NCBI GenBank assembly: GCA_041660025.1 | Contig: JBAZXD010000001.1 | Coordinates: 40,059-104,058 of the forward strand | Reading direction: 5' to 3' | DNA from: Minisyncoccota bacterium | GTDB lineage: Bacteria > Patescibacteriota > Minisyncoccia > Phycocordibacterales > Phycocordibacteraceae | Length of the DNA: 64,000 bases | Part shown: positions 46,427 to 56,768 of the stretch, one piece after another | How positions within the stretch are numbered: position 1 is the first letter of the stretch | How the letters are laid out: each line of letters opens with the position of its first letter | Program-made: the position numbers and the translations under genes | Notes under the pieces: generated by a model | What the model saw: only the letters and a program-made list of their open reading frames with translations | Databases searched by the model: none | What the model was told of the DNA's origin: nothing

Positions 46427-48169
46427 CTACTTTTTTGCAAAAAACGGCCAGACACGATCGGTCACGCGATACCACGACGCAACAGTCGCGAAGCGGTCTG
46501 CGGGAATGATGATCTGCGAGAGCTCGACGCCGCGCAGATCCTCGGGCACCGAGTAGGTGAAGTCCGGTGCATAAATGAATGCGGCCGGATAATCTGCCGC
46601 GACGATATTCTCGATCTTCTGGAGATCCGCCGCGCGCTCCGTCGGGTCGGCGGAGCTCCGCGCGTGCTCCAGGAGCGCGTCGACGGTCTTATTCGCATAG
46701 AGCGCGATGTTGAGACCGGGGTCATTGCGTTCTTGCGAATTCCAGAAGGCGTAGAGGTCCTGGTCGCGGCCGATGACCATACCGTAGAGGAGCGCTTCAT
46801 ACTTACGCGGGCGGATAACGTTTTGCGAGAGGTCGCCGGGCTCGTACAGCTCGACGTCGACCGGGACGCCGAACCGCTCCCATTCGGCCTTCACTGCGCT
46901 CGCGACATTCTTCAATTCGGGCACGTTGCTGGTGCGGAGTGTGATGCGGTCGAGCGTCTGCTTCGCGCCCGTATGTTTCCAAACGCGCGAGGAACTGTCG
47001 TATACCCATCCCGCCGACTGGAGTACCTTCGCCGCGGCCGCCGTCGGATTTTCCGATTGGGGCACCGGCACCTGCTGGACGTTCTCTCCCGGCGGCACGG
47101 GCCCCATAATCGCGGTCGCATAGCCGCCGAGTACGGTGTCGACGATGTTCTGCCGGTCGAGCGCGAGCGAGAGCGCTTTGCGTACTTCGGCACGCGCGTA
47201 CACCTGTTTCTCGCCCGGATTCCAGAACACGCCGAACACGCGGGCGTACGGTGCGGTCAATGCGTTTTTCGACGAGATGCCGTACGCGCTCTCGACCGCC
47301 CCGCTCCGCACCGCCGCCGCGAGGTCTTCGGCGCGCGAGTAGAAGTCGAAGCGGATACCGTCGAGATACGGCCGGCCGAGCGCGTACTGCGGATTCCCAA
47401 CGAGCGATACGCTTTTGATAAGTCCGGACGCATCGCGCGAGACACTGTCGACCTTGAAGGGTCCCGCACCCACCGGGTTCGTCTCAAGATTCGAGAAAGG
47501 GAATTCTTCGTTCGAGATGTTCTGCCAAAGCCTCGACGGGAGGATGCCCAAGGTCGTGAGCCCGAGGAACGGTGCATACGGTTTCGCGAGCGTGAAGCGC
47601 ACCGTGTGCGCATCGACCGCGAGTACGCTGACGCCGGACCAGTTCGCGTATTCGGGGCTCTTGAGCGCGGTGTCCTGTGCCTTGCGGACGGTGAAGACGA
47701 CATCCTGCGCCGTGACCGGCGTGCCGTCGGTGAATACGGCATCGTTTCTGAGGGTGAAGGTGTAGCTCTTTCCGTCGGGAGACAGCGTGTAGCTCTCGGC
47801 GAGCACCGGTACGAGGGAGCCGGTGCCCGAGAGTCCCATAAGTCCGGCGTAGACGAGGCTCGAGAGGTCGCGGTCGGCGTCGCTGATGGCGAGGAGCGGA
47901 TTGATGAATTGCGGACTCCCGAGCTCGCCCTCGACGAGGCTCCCGCCGTAGGTCGGCACCTCCGCGAGGAGCGACTGCTCGAGAGCGTAGAGCCCGGCAA
48001 GGGAAGCGACACTCACGAGGACCGCGAACAGATAGAACAGAGCCCGGTCGCCCGGGGAGAAAGCGCGGATGCGCTCGCGCAAACGTTCAAGAGCTTCGAC
48101 GCTCCGAGAACGCAAGAGTCTCTCTCGCCACAGTTCGAAGCGCTCGCGGAGGCTAACGGGGTCCATCAT
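46427..48169 (-). CDS. ABC transporter substrate-binding protein, family 5 (oligopeptide-type)
   Basis: N-terminal anchor helix and SBP_bac_5-like length and architecture (GGSLVEGELGSPQFINPLLA...). Confidence 0.7.
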   Translation of the reverse strand: MMDPVSLRERFELWRERLLRSRSVEALERLRERIRAFSPGDRALFYLFAVLVSVASLAGLYALEQSLLAEVPTYGGSLVEGELGSPQFINPLLAISDADRDLSSLVYAGLMGLSGTGSLVPVLAESYTLSPDGKSYTFTLRNDAVFTDGTPVTAQDVVFTVRKAQDTALKSPEYANWSGVSVLAVDAHTVRFTLAKPYAPFLGLTTLGILPSRLWQNISNEEFPFSNLETNPVGAGPFKVDSVSRDASGLIKSVSLVGNPQYALGRPYLDGIRFDFYSRAEDLAAAVRSGAVESAYGISSKNALTAPYARVFGVFWNPGEKQVYARAEVRKALSLALDRQNIVDTVLGGYATAIMGPVPPGENVQQVPVPQSENPTAAAAKVLQSAGWVYDSSSRVWKHTGAKQTLDRITLRTSNVPELKNVASAVKAEWERFGVPVDVELYEPGDLSQNVIRPRKYEALLYGMVIGRDQDLYAFWNSQERNDPGLNIALYANKTVDALLEHARSSADPTERAADLQKIENIVAADYPAAFIYAPDFTYSVPEDLRGVELSQIIIPADRFATVASWYRVTDRVWPFFAKK

Positions 48170-48402
48170 CCTACGAGAAGGAAGTTCGCTACCGCCGCGA
48201 GTACGAGCAGGATCGCAATGACAACCGTCGCATTGAATAGGAATTTTTCGGCGCCTCTGCGCTTGTAAAAGGTCGACGCGAAATTATCGCCTCCGAAGGC
48301 TCCGCCGAGGGTCGCACCGCGCTGCTGGAGCACGATGCCGACGATGAGGAGTACTGCGAGGATGATTTCCGCGTACGGCAGTGCCGATACGAGTGCCTCC
48401 AT
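48166..48402 (-). CDS. secG: preprotein translocase subunit SecG
   Basis: 78 aa, two TM helices, LLQQRGATLGGAFGG motif. Confidence 0.7.
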   Translation of the reverse strand: MEALVSALPYAEIILAVLLIVGIVLQQRGATLGGAFGGDNFASTFYKRRGAEKFLFNATVVIAILLVLAAVANFLLVG

Positions 48403-48520
48403 CTTGTCTGCAACAATAGCATGGGCGGGTATATCGGCGCAACTTGCGTGTGAACTGGAGTTTCTCTATACTCCCCACACAAGGGCAGGTGCGAGATTAT
48501 CCATTTATATATAGAACGCT

Positions 48521-50466
<1,946 letters not shown>

Positions 50467-50566
50467 CAAGCGAGTGAATCAAAAGAATATTCCTTATTCT
50501 TTTGTGAACGAGCGCTGCTAGAAAGCCGGCTTTGCGGCTTACTAAGGTCCGACCTTAGAATTTTTG

Positions 50567-50604
50567 AAAAAACACCGCGGCGCCTTGAGCGCCGCGGTGT
50601 TTTC
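50567..50604. terminator. bidirectional intrinsic terminator between groEL and the convergent phosphatase gene
   Basis: acaccgcggcgc-cttga-gcgccgcggtgt flanked by an A-tract and a T-tract. Two smaller hairpins precede it (50523..50540, 50545..50557). Confidence 0.7.
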
Positions 50605-50605
50605 A

Positions 50606-51307
50606 TCACTCCGGCTGCTCGTTGTAGGAGACGACCTCCCAGCCGCGCGTCTTTGAAAAGAGTTTCCACGAGTGGAATTCACAGACGGTGATGCCAGCAT
50701 TGTCCGAGACGTTGAAGAACGCGAGTTTCGCGAAGTCGGCAGCGTGAAGCCGTTCGCGGTGGAGGAGGTACGCGACGAGTATCTTGAGAAAAACGTGGTG
50801 CGTCACGACGGCGGTCTCGCGCGCGCCCTGGCGCGCGAGGAGATTGAGACATTTGCGTGCCCGCTTCTTCAGGTCGATGAAATTCTCCTCGTCGGAGAAG
50901 CGGTACTCGTCCTCGTGATAGGCGAGGTCCATCGCGTCGACGATGCGGACGACGTCCGGGTCGTCCGTATGCTTGCCGACGAGCTCGCTCGGGTTCTTCC
51001 GCTCGACGAACAAGGGGGAATAGATGATCGGCGCCTTCAGATGGGTGTTGATGATCGCCGCAGTCTCCCGCGCGCGCGGATAGATGCTCGCGAGGACGCG
51101 CTCGATAGGGAACCGCTTCAGATACTCGCCGACCTTTTCCGCCTGCTGCCGGCCGCGCTCGGAAAGCGCCCTCTCCGCGCCCTGCTTGATGTGCTCGGCA
51201 TTCAGGAGCGTCTCGCCGTGGCGGATGAAGTAGAAGCGCCGCGGCCGCATAAGGAATATGGCGATGACAATGCCGAGTGCGGCAATGAAGAGGGAGGGAG
51301 GCGACAT
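50606..51307 (-). CDS. membrane-anchored histidine phosphatase (phosphoglycerate-mutase-like) family protein
   Basis: FIRHGET catalytic motif after an N-terminal TM helix. Start at 51307 (MSPPSLFIAAL...). Confidence 0.7.
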   Translation of the reverse strand: MSPPSLFIAALGIVIAIFLMRPRRFYFIRHGETLLNAEHIKQGAERALSERGRQQAEKVGEYLKRFPIERVLASIYPRARETAAIINTHLKAPIIYSPLFVERKNPSELVGKHTDDPDVVRIVDAMDLAYHEDEYRFSDEENFIDLKKRARKCLNLLARQGARETAVVTHHVFLKILVAYLLHRERLHAADFAKLAFFNVSDNAGITVCEFHSWKLFSKTRGWEVVSYNEQPE

Positions 51308-51344
51308 GGTGCATTCAGTATACCCGAGTGGTACACTTATTTTA

Positions 51345-52856
51345 ATGCAGTCTCTCCTCAATCGTCTCGCATTTCCGGGGTGGCGCTATGCGCTCGCGGC
51401 GCTCATCGTGCTTGCGGCGGGCGGGTATTTCTTTTTCGGCCGGAGCGACGACTCGGGCGCGACATTTGTCGTTATTTCGGGCGATTTTCGACAACAAGTG
51501 AACGTCTCGGGCGCCGTCATCGCGGCCCGGGATGTCGATCTTGGCTTTGCGGCGAACGGGCGCATCTCCGGCACGTACGCGAGCGTCGGTCAACGCGTTT
51601 TCGCGGGAGCGGTCATTGCGGAGACAGAGAATGGCGACCTTGTCGCGGCGCTTACGCAGAAACGCTCCGCGCTTACTGAAGCCGAGGCGGATCTCTCAGC
51701 ACTCCGCGCCGGCACGCGCGGAGAAGAACTCGCCATAGCCTCCGCCTCCGTTGTGAATGCGCAGGCCGCGCTCGTTGACGCCGTACGAGGCGCCTACACT
51801 TCTTCTGATGATGCTATTCACAATAAAACAGACACCTTTTTTACCAATCCGCGCATCGACCCGAAGCTTTCGTTCAATGTCTCGAACGCAAGCCTAAAGA
51901 CTACGGTCGAACGCGACCGCACCGCGCTTGAGCCGGTGCTCGCGCAATGGGCGCTTCTCGTCGGAGCGCTCTCGAGTGCGAATGCCGCTTCTGCGGCGAA
52001 ACAATCTCAGACCTTTCTTGCACAGGTCACGACGTTTCTCGCCGACGCGAATGCCGCAATCAACCAAGGCGTTCCGGATTCGACCGTGACAGCCGCCACG
52101 CTTACCTCGTATGGGACGACGCTCGCGACGGCGCGGAGCAACGTGAACGCCGCCGCGACGACGCTTACGACCGATACCTCGGCGCTCAACTCGGCCGAGC
52201 GGAATCTCGCGCTCAAGCAGGCCGGCTCGACGAGCGAAGACATCGCGGCGCAAGAAGCGGCGGTCGCCGCCGCCGCGGCGGACGTGGAACAGGCGCGCGC
52301 CGCGCTTGCTAAGACGCGCGTCGTTGCGCCCTTCACCGGCATTATTACCCGTATGGATGCGAAGGTTGGTGAGATCGTTTCCCCCTCGACCTCTCTTATT
52401 TCTATGCAGAGCGACGGCATCTTTCAGATCGAGACCTACGTTCCCGAAGTATCCATCGCGCGCGTTGTCGTCGGGAACAGAGCGACGACGACGCTTGACG
52501 CGTACGGCTCCGCGATCGCATTCCCCGCGACGGTCGTCGCGGTCGACCCGGCGGAGACGATGAAGGACGGCGTGCCGGCGTATAAGACGACGCTCGCGTT
52601 CCTCACGGCGGACCAGCGTATCCGGAGCGGTATGACGGTGAACGTCGTCATCGAGACCGGCGTGCTCCGCGACGCCATCGTCATCCCCGCGGGCGCGGTC
52701 GGTACGAAGGACGGCGCGTCGTACGTCTCTGTTTCCACCGGCGATACCATAGTGCCCCGTCCGGTCACCACCGGCCCCGCTCCCGCGCTGGGGCAAGCTC
52801 AGATCCTCTCGGGCCTCTCATCCGGCGACGTTATTCTTCTCTCTCCTGCGCCCTAG
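51345..52856 (+). CDS. HlyD/MacA-like membrane-fusion (periplasmic adaptor) protein
   Basis: N-terminal TM anchor, long Ala-rich coiled-coil, C-terminal beta-barrel/lipoyl-like region (VAPFTGIITRMDAKVGEIV). First gene of an MFP-permease-ATPase trio. Confidence 0.65.
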   Translation: MQSLLNRLAFPGWRYALAALIVLAAGGYFFFGRSDDSGATFVVISGDFRQQVNVSGAVIAARDVDLGFAANGRISGTYASVGQRVFAGAVIAETENGDLVAALTQKRSALTEAEADLSALRAGTRGEELAIASASVVNAQAALVDAVRGAYTSSDDAIHNKTDTFFTNPRIDPKLSFNVSNASLKTTVERDRTALEPVLAQWALLVGALSSANAASAAKQSQTFLAQVTTFLADANAAINQGVPDSTVTAATLTSYGTTLATARSNVNAAATTLTTDTSALNSAERNLALKQAGSTSEDIAAQEAAVAAAAADVEQARAALAKTRVVAPFTGIITRMDAKVGEIVSPSTSLISMQSDGIFQIETYVPEVSIARVVVGNRATTTLDAYGSAIAFPATVVAVDPAETMKDGVPAYKTTLAFLTADQRIRSGMTVNVVIETGVLRDAIVIPAGAVGTKDGASYVSVSTGDTIVPRPVTTGPAPALGQAQILSGLSSGDVILLSPAP

Positions 52857-52858
52857 GC

Positions 52859-54115
52859 ATGCTCTCCCTTCTCAATATCCGCGTCGGCTTCTACCTCGCC
52901 CTGCGACAGCTCCGCAGAGCGAGTCTCTGGACCACGGGGCTTATCGTGTTCGTGATGCTTCTCACGTTCCTCAATCTCGTCGTCGTCACCGGCATCCTCG
53001 TCGGGCTCATTGACGGCATCAACAATAGTTATCGTACCCAATACACGGGCGACGTTATTCTCTCGGCGCTCTCGACGAAGGAGTACATCGAGGATACGCC
53101 GAGCATCGTCGCGTTCCTGAAGACGCTGCCGCAGGTCGCGCTCCTGACCGAGCGGTACCAGACGGGCGGCACCATAGAAGCGAACTATCTCACACGCACG
53201 AGCGAGACAGAGAAGCCGAATGCCACCAGCGCGCAGATTATCGGTATCGACCCCGTCGCCGAGGACGCGTTCACCGGACTCTCTCAGCACATTATCGAGG
53301 GGCAGTATCTCGCCGACGGGGACTACGACCAGATCCTCGTCGGCAATTACCTGCTCGCGCAATATGCGTTCGGCGAGCTGCCGGGCCTCACGCCTCTGAA
53401 GAACGTCTCGCCGGGAACGAAAGTGCGCCTCACCGTGAACGGCGCCACGCGCGAGGTCATCGTGAAAGGATTTGTGAAGACCAAGATTGACGCGCTCGCG
53501 ATGAGCATCTTTATGCCCGCGTCCGAATTGCGGACGATCATGGGCCGGAACGACCAGAACGTCGCGCAGGTGGCGATACGCCTTACTCCCGGGAGCGATC
53601 CGGTCGCGTTCAAGGAACTCCTCCTCGCGAGCGGCATCGGGGTAAAGGCGAAGGTGCAGACCTTCGAAGATTCCATCCCGAACGGCGTCGCCGATATCAA
53701 GACGACCTTTGCGATGCTCGGGAACGGCTTCAGCAGTATCGGGCTCGTCGTCGCGGCCATCACCATCTTCATCGTCATCTTCATCAATGCGATCACGCGG
53801 CGGAAATTCATCGGCATCCTCAAAGGTATCGGCATCTCGGGCGAGGCTATCGAGATCTCCTACATCTTCCAGTCGCTCTTCTACGCCGTCATCGGCTCGG
53901 CGATAGGCGTGCTCGTCCTCTACGGAGTCCTGGTGCCCGGGCTCGCCGCGCACCCGATCGATTTCCCGTTCAGCGACGGCATCCTCGTCGCGCCACCGGT
54001 CGATACTTCGGTGCGTATTCTCCTGCTCGTCTTCACGACCGTCGTCGCGGGCTACCTGCCCTCGCGGATGATCGTGCGCCGGAACACGCTCGACTCCATC
54101 CTCGGTCGCAATTAA
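52859..54115 (+). CDS. ABC transporter permease, FtsX/MacB-like
   Basis: N-terminal TM, large extracytoplasmic domain, three C-terminal TM helices (FtsX fold). Confidence 0.8.
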   Translation: MLSLLNIRVGFYLALRQLRRASLWTTGLIVFVMLLTFLNLVVVTGILVGLIDGINNSYRTQYTGDVILSALSTKEYIEDTPSIVAFLKTLPQVALLTERYQTGGTIEANYLTRTSETEKPNATSAQIIGIDPVAEDAFTGLSQHIIEGQYLADGDYDQILVGNYLLAQYAFGELPGLTPLKNVSPGTKVRLTVNGATREVIVKGFVKTKIDALAMSIFMPASELRTIMGRNDQNVAQVAIRLTPGSDPVAFKELLLASGIGVKAKVQTFEDSIPNGVADIKTTFAMLGNGFSSIGLVVAAITIFIVIFINAITRRKFIGILKGIGISGEAIEISYIFQSLFYAVIGSAIGVLVLYGVLVPGLAAHPIDFPFSDGILVAPPVDTSVRILLLVFTTVVAGYLPSRMIVRRNTLDSILGRN

Positions 54116-54121
54116 CTATCT

Positions 54122-54802
54122 ATGATCGAAGTCACAAATCTCGTAAAAAGTTTTAAGGACGGCCCAATCGAGACGCGAGTCCTGAAGGGTATCGATTTCT
54201 CCGCGAAGCGGGGCGAGTTCATCGCCATTATGGGCCGCTCGGGAGCGGGAAAGAGCACCCTCCTCTACCAGATGTCGCTTCTCGACGAACCGACCTCAGG
54301 CGAGATCCGCATCAATGGCAAGGAGGCGCACCGGATGAGCGAACACGAGAAGATGCTCTTCCGCCTCACCGAGTTCGGCTACGTGTTCCAGGACTATGCG
54401 CTTCTGCCGGAGCTCACGGCGCTCGAGAATGTCGCCCTGCCGCTCCTTATGCAGGGCGCCACGCGCGCCGCCGCGGAGGCGAAGGCCTCCTCCGCGCTCG
54501 AGCGCGTCGGCCTCGGGAGCCGGCTCAATAATCTCCCGAGCCAGCTTTCGGGCGGCGAACAGCAGAGAGTCTCCGTCTCCCGCGCCATCGCGCACACACC
54601 GGACATCCTTTTCGCCGACGAACCGACGGCGAACCTCGACCGCGAATCTTCTTCGACCGTGATGGATATCTTCAAGGAGCTCCACAAAGCGGGGCAGACC
54701 ATCATTATGGTGACGCACGAGGAGGAATACGCGCGCATCACCGACCGTATCATCACTCTCGACGACGGAAAAATAATTTCTAACGAACGCGCATCCGCCT
54801 GA
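54122..54802 (+). CDS. ABC transporter ATP-binding protein (MacB/LolD-type)
   Basis: Walker A GRSGAGKSTL, signature LSGGEQQRVSVSRA, Walker B ILFADEPTANLD. Confidence 0.9.
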   Translation: MIEVTNLVKSFKDGPIETRVLKGIDFSAKRGEFIAIMGRSGAGKSTLLYQMSLLDEPTSGEIRINGKEAHRMSEHEKMLFRLTEFGYVFQDYALLPELTALENVALPLLMQGATRAAAEAKASSALERVGLGSRLNNLPSQLSGGEQQRVSVSRAIAHTPDILFADEPTANLDRESSSTVMDIFKELHKAGQTIIMVTHEEEYARITDRIITLDDGKIISNERASA

Positions 54803-54915
54803 TGCGCCATTTAATGCGAATACGTTTTGCACAGGGGGGTCTCCACACTGTGAGAAAGGGGGTCATACTATATCGAGCGGACCACCACCCCCGCTTTAAC
54901 CATCTTTCAACCCGC

Positions 54916-55143
54916 ATGAAGTTACACGCTATCGCGTTCGTTCTTGTCGTCATCGGCGGTCTCAATTGGGGACTCGTGGCGATTGGGTCCTATATGGGCA
55001 GCAACTGGAACGTCGTGAACCTCCTCCTCGGCTCGTGGCCGGCGGTCGAGAATCTCGTCTATCTGGTTGTCGGTCTCTCGGCGCTCACACTCGTCTTCTC
55101 GCACAAGAAGGACTGCCGCGCCTGCAACCCTTCGGGGATGTAA
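54916..55143 (+). CDS. DUF378-family small membrane protein
   Basis: GGLNWGLVAIG...VENLVYLVVGLSALTLVF. 75 aa. ATG at 54916 inside the longer track ORF. Confidence 0.55.
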   Translation: MKLHAIAFVLVVIGGLNWGLVAIGSYMGSNWNVVNLLLGSWPAVENLVYLVVGLSALTLVFSHKKDCRACNPSGM

Positions 55144-55144
55144 A

Positions 55145-55228
55145 CTCTGAAGACAGAGTTTTCTACCTACACTCGCTCGGAAATAATGAAGTAAAGATCT
55201 CATTATTTCCTCGCTCGTTTGGTAGTAA
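55145..55228 (+). repeat. structured intergenic element, copy B
   Basis: actctg-aaga-cagagt hairpin (covaries with copy A), ctacactcgctcgg, variable hairpin aaataatga...tcattattt, cctcgctcgtttggtagtaa. Its own strong terminator follows at 55250..55285. Confidence 0.5.
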
Positions 55229-55249
55229 GCCGCAAGGCAAAAAGCAAAA

Positions 55250-55285
55250 GAATCGCCGGCGCAAAGCGCCGGCGATTCTTTTTAC
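55250..55285 (+). terminator. strong intrinsic terminator following element copy B
   Basis: gaatcgccggcgc-aaa-gcgccggcgattc followed by ttttt. Confidence 0.6.
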
Positions 55286-55350
55286 TCCCTTCGCTCGCCT
55301 CGGTCGAACGCATGGGGACATGCACTCGACGTTCGGCTCGCTTGGTAGTA
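55284..55350 (+). repeat. structured intergenic element, copy C (lacks the 5' hairpin)
   Basis: ttcgctcgcctcgg, variable hairpin tcgaacg...cgttcg, gctcgcttggtagtag. Confidence 0.5.
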
Positions 55351-55422
55351 GCATCAAAATGTTGAAAGGAATTGCTTTCGACAAAACAAACGGATGCTCT
55401 GTCAAAAAAAGGAGAGGTTCGA

Positions 55423-55779
55423 ATGAAAAAAGGAACGATAGAAAGAGAAGAGGGCGGCGCAGTATGGCCGCCACATGCTGTTGTAGCACGATATTCCGAT
55501 CGCGACGAAAGACTGGATGAAGTCGAAGCGAGCGACTATCGTGCAACGGCGCATCGCGAAGACGCTCCTGCGCCGGTAAAATGTCTCGGGTTCGCCTGTC
55601 CTGCGTCGTCAGACATCTGCGATATCTGTCATCTGAACCCGAGTTACATACCTCCGAAAAAGAAACTCACTCGTCCGCAACGGCCTGAAGATGGTCTCGC
55701 GAGTATCGGAGAAGCAAAGCACTATGTGCGCCTTGCTGTCCCGATGTCCCGCGGTCGTCGCGGCGTCGTAAGTCTCTAA
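55423..55779 (+). CDS. hypothetical Cys-cluster protein (118 aa)
   Basis: AAGGAGAG RBS before the ATG at 55423. CLGFACPASSDICDIC (C-x4-C-x6-C-x2-C). GC is visibly lower than the host genes. No family recognised. Confidence 0.45.
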   Translation: MKKGTIEREEGGAVWPPHAVVARYSDRDERLDEVEASDYRATAHREDAPAPVKCLGFACPASSDICDICHLNPSYIPPKKKLTRPQRPEDGLASIGEAKHYVRLAVPMSRGRRGVVSL

Positions 55780-55804
55780 TAAAACAAACTCCCCCCATTC
55801 GACA

Positions 55805-55846
55805 AGAGCGTCCGAGATGTTTCCGGACGCTCTTTTGTTTTCTTTC
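55805..55846 (+). terminator. intrinsic terminator
   Basis: agagcgtccg-(9 nt)-cggacgctct followed by tttgttttctttc. Confidence 0.6.
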
Positions 55847-55848
55847 TG

Positions 55849-55873
55849 GCGGAGGGGGAGGGACCGCGAATAC
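55849..55873. repeat. partial duplicate of the tRNA-Ser 3' end (att-like remnant)
   Basis: ggcggagggggagggaccgcgaa versus 56031..56054 ggtgcggagggggagggattcgaa. A second fragment agggagggattcgg lies at 55901..55916. Confidence 0.5.
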
Positions 55874-56034
55874 GCTTTTCGAAACGTACCATTTCAGTAC
55901 AGGGAGGGATTCGGTCACGCATAAAATCCTGTTGGATTTTTGCGCGACCCCGCCTCGCGCCGTCGCGCTCCGGCTTTCGAATCCCGTCCTCCCGATACAA
56001 AAAGCGCCCATAAGGGGCGCCTTTGTATCGGGTG

Positions 56035-56123
56035 CGGAGGGGGAGGGATTCGAACCCTCGATACGGTTTTACCCGTATAGCGAGTTAGCAACCCGCCGCA
56101 CTAGGCCTCTATGCGACCCCTCC
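56035..56123 (-). tRNA. tRNA-Ser (anticodon GCU), type II with long variable arm
   Basis: The reverse complement folds by hand: acceptor GGAGGGG/CCCCTCC, D-arm GCA-TAGAGGCCTAG-TGC, anticodon stem GCGGG/CTCGC with loop TTGCTAA (GCT), 20-nt variable arm ATACGG-GTAAAA-CCGTAT, T-arm GAGGG-TTCGAAT-CCCTC, discriminator G. CCA is not encoded. Confidence 0.8.
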
Positions 56124-56145
56124 GTATGAGGCAACACTACCAAAT

Positions 56146-56754
56146 TTAGTGCGCGAGAGCGAGCGAAATGATGCGTTTTGCGCCCGCGCCCGCGAGGGTA
56201 TCGATGGCGGATTGGAGCGTAGCGCCGGTGGTGATGACGTCATCGATGACTATATAGGTGTGTGATGGATCGATAGAGTGCGCGGCGCCGAAGGCGCCGC
56301 GCATATTCTTCTCGCGTTCGCGGCGCTGGAGCGAGACCTGCGAGGTTGTCTCGCGCGTGCGGATGAGCAGTGTCGTATCGACCGGGATGCCGAGCTCATT
56401 TGCGGCTCGCTGCGCGATCTCCTCGACCTGATTGAAGCCGCGCTCCTTGCGCCGAGCGGCACCGAGCGGCACCGGTATAATGAGGGGTTTGCGATATCCG
56501 TCATCGGCGTCGCGGAGGTAGTCGGCGAGCGCAGTGGCGAGGAGCTCGAAGGCACGACTGCTTCCGTGATACTTCGCTTCGTGGATAGCCGCGCGCACGC
56601 GCTCGTTGGCGAAAGAGAGGATTGCGACCGTCTCCGGACGCGTCTCCGGCACCACTCGCGGGACTACGAGCGCGAGGAATGCGTCAACCGAGACCTTGCG
56701 GACTGCGATCTCATCCACGCGCGGGGGGAACAAGAAATCCAAAAAGCGCATCAT
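56146..56754 (-). CDS. comF: ComF-family phosphoribosyltransferase-domain competence protein
   Basis: PRTase motif YIVIDDVITTGATL. 202 aa, no N-terminal zinc finger. Divergent from pilM. Confidence 0.7.
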   Translation of the reverse strand: MMRFLDFLFPPRVDEIAVRKVSVDAFLALVVPRVVPETRPETVAILSFANERVRAAIHEAKYHGSSRAFELLATALADYLRDADDGYRKPLIIPVPLGAARRKERGFNQVEEIAQRAANELGIPVDTTLLIRTRETTSQVSLQRREREKNMRGAFGAAHSIDPSHTYIVIDDVITTGATLQSAIDTLAGAGAKRIISLALAH

Positions 56755-56768
56755 GGTATTATTGTTGC

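Noticed and set aside
46664-48268. 534-aa plus-strand ORF
   Set aside because: Antisense to the family-5 SBP and secG genes, which have clear family signatures; shadow ORF.
55932-56129. 65-aa plus-strand ORF
   Set aside because: Overlaps the tRNA-Ser gene on the opposite strand.
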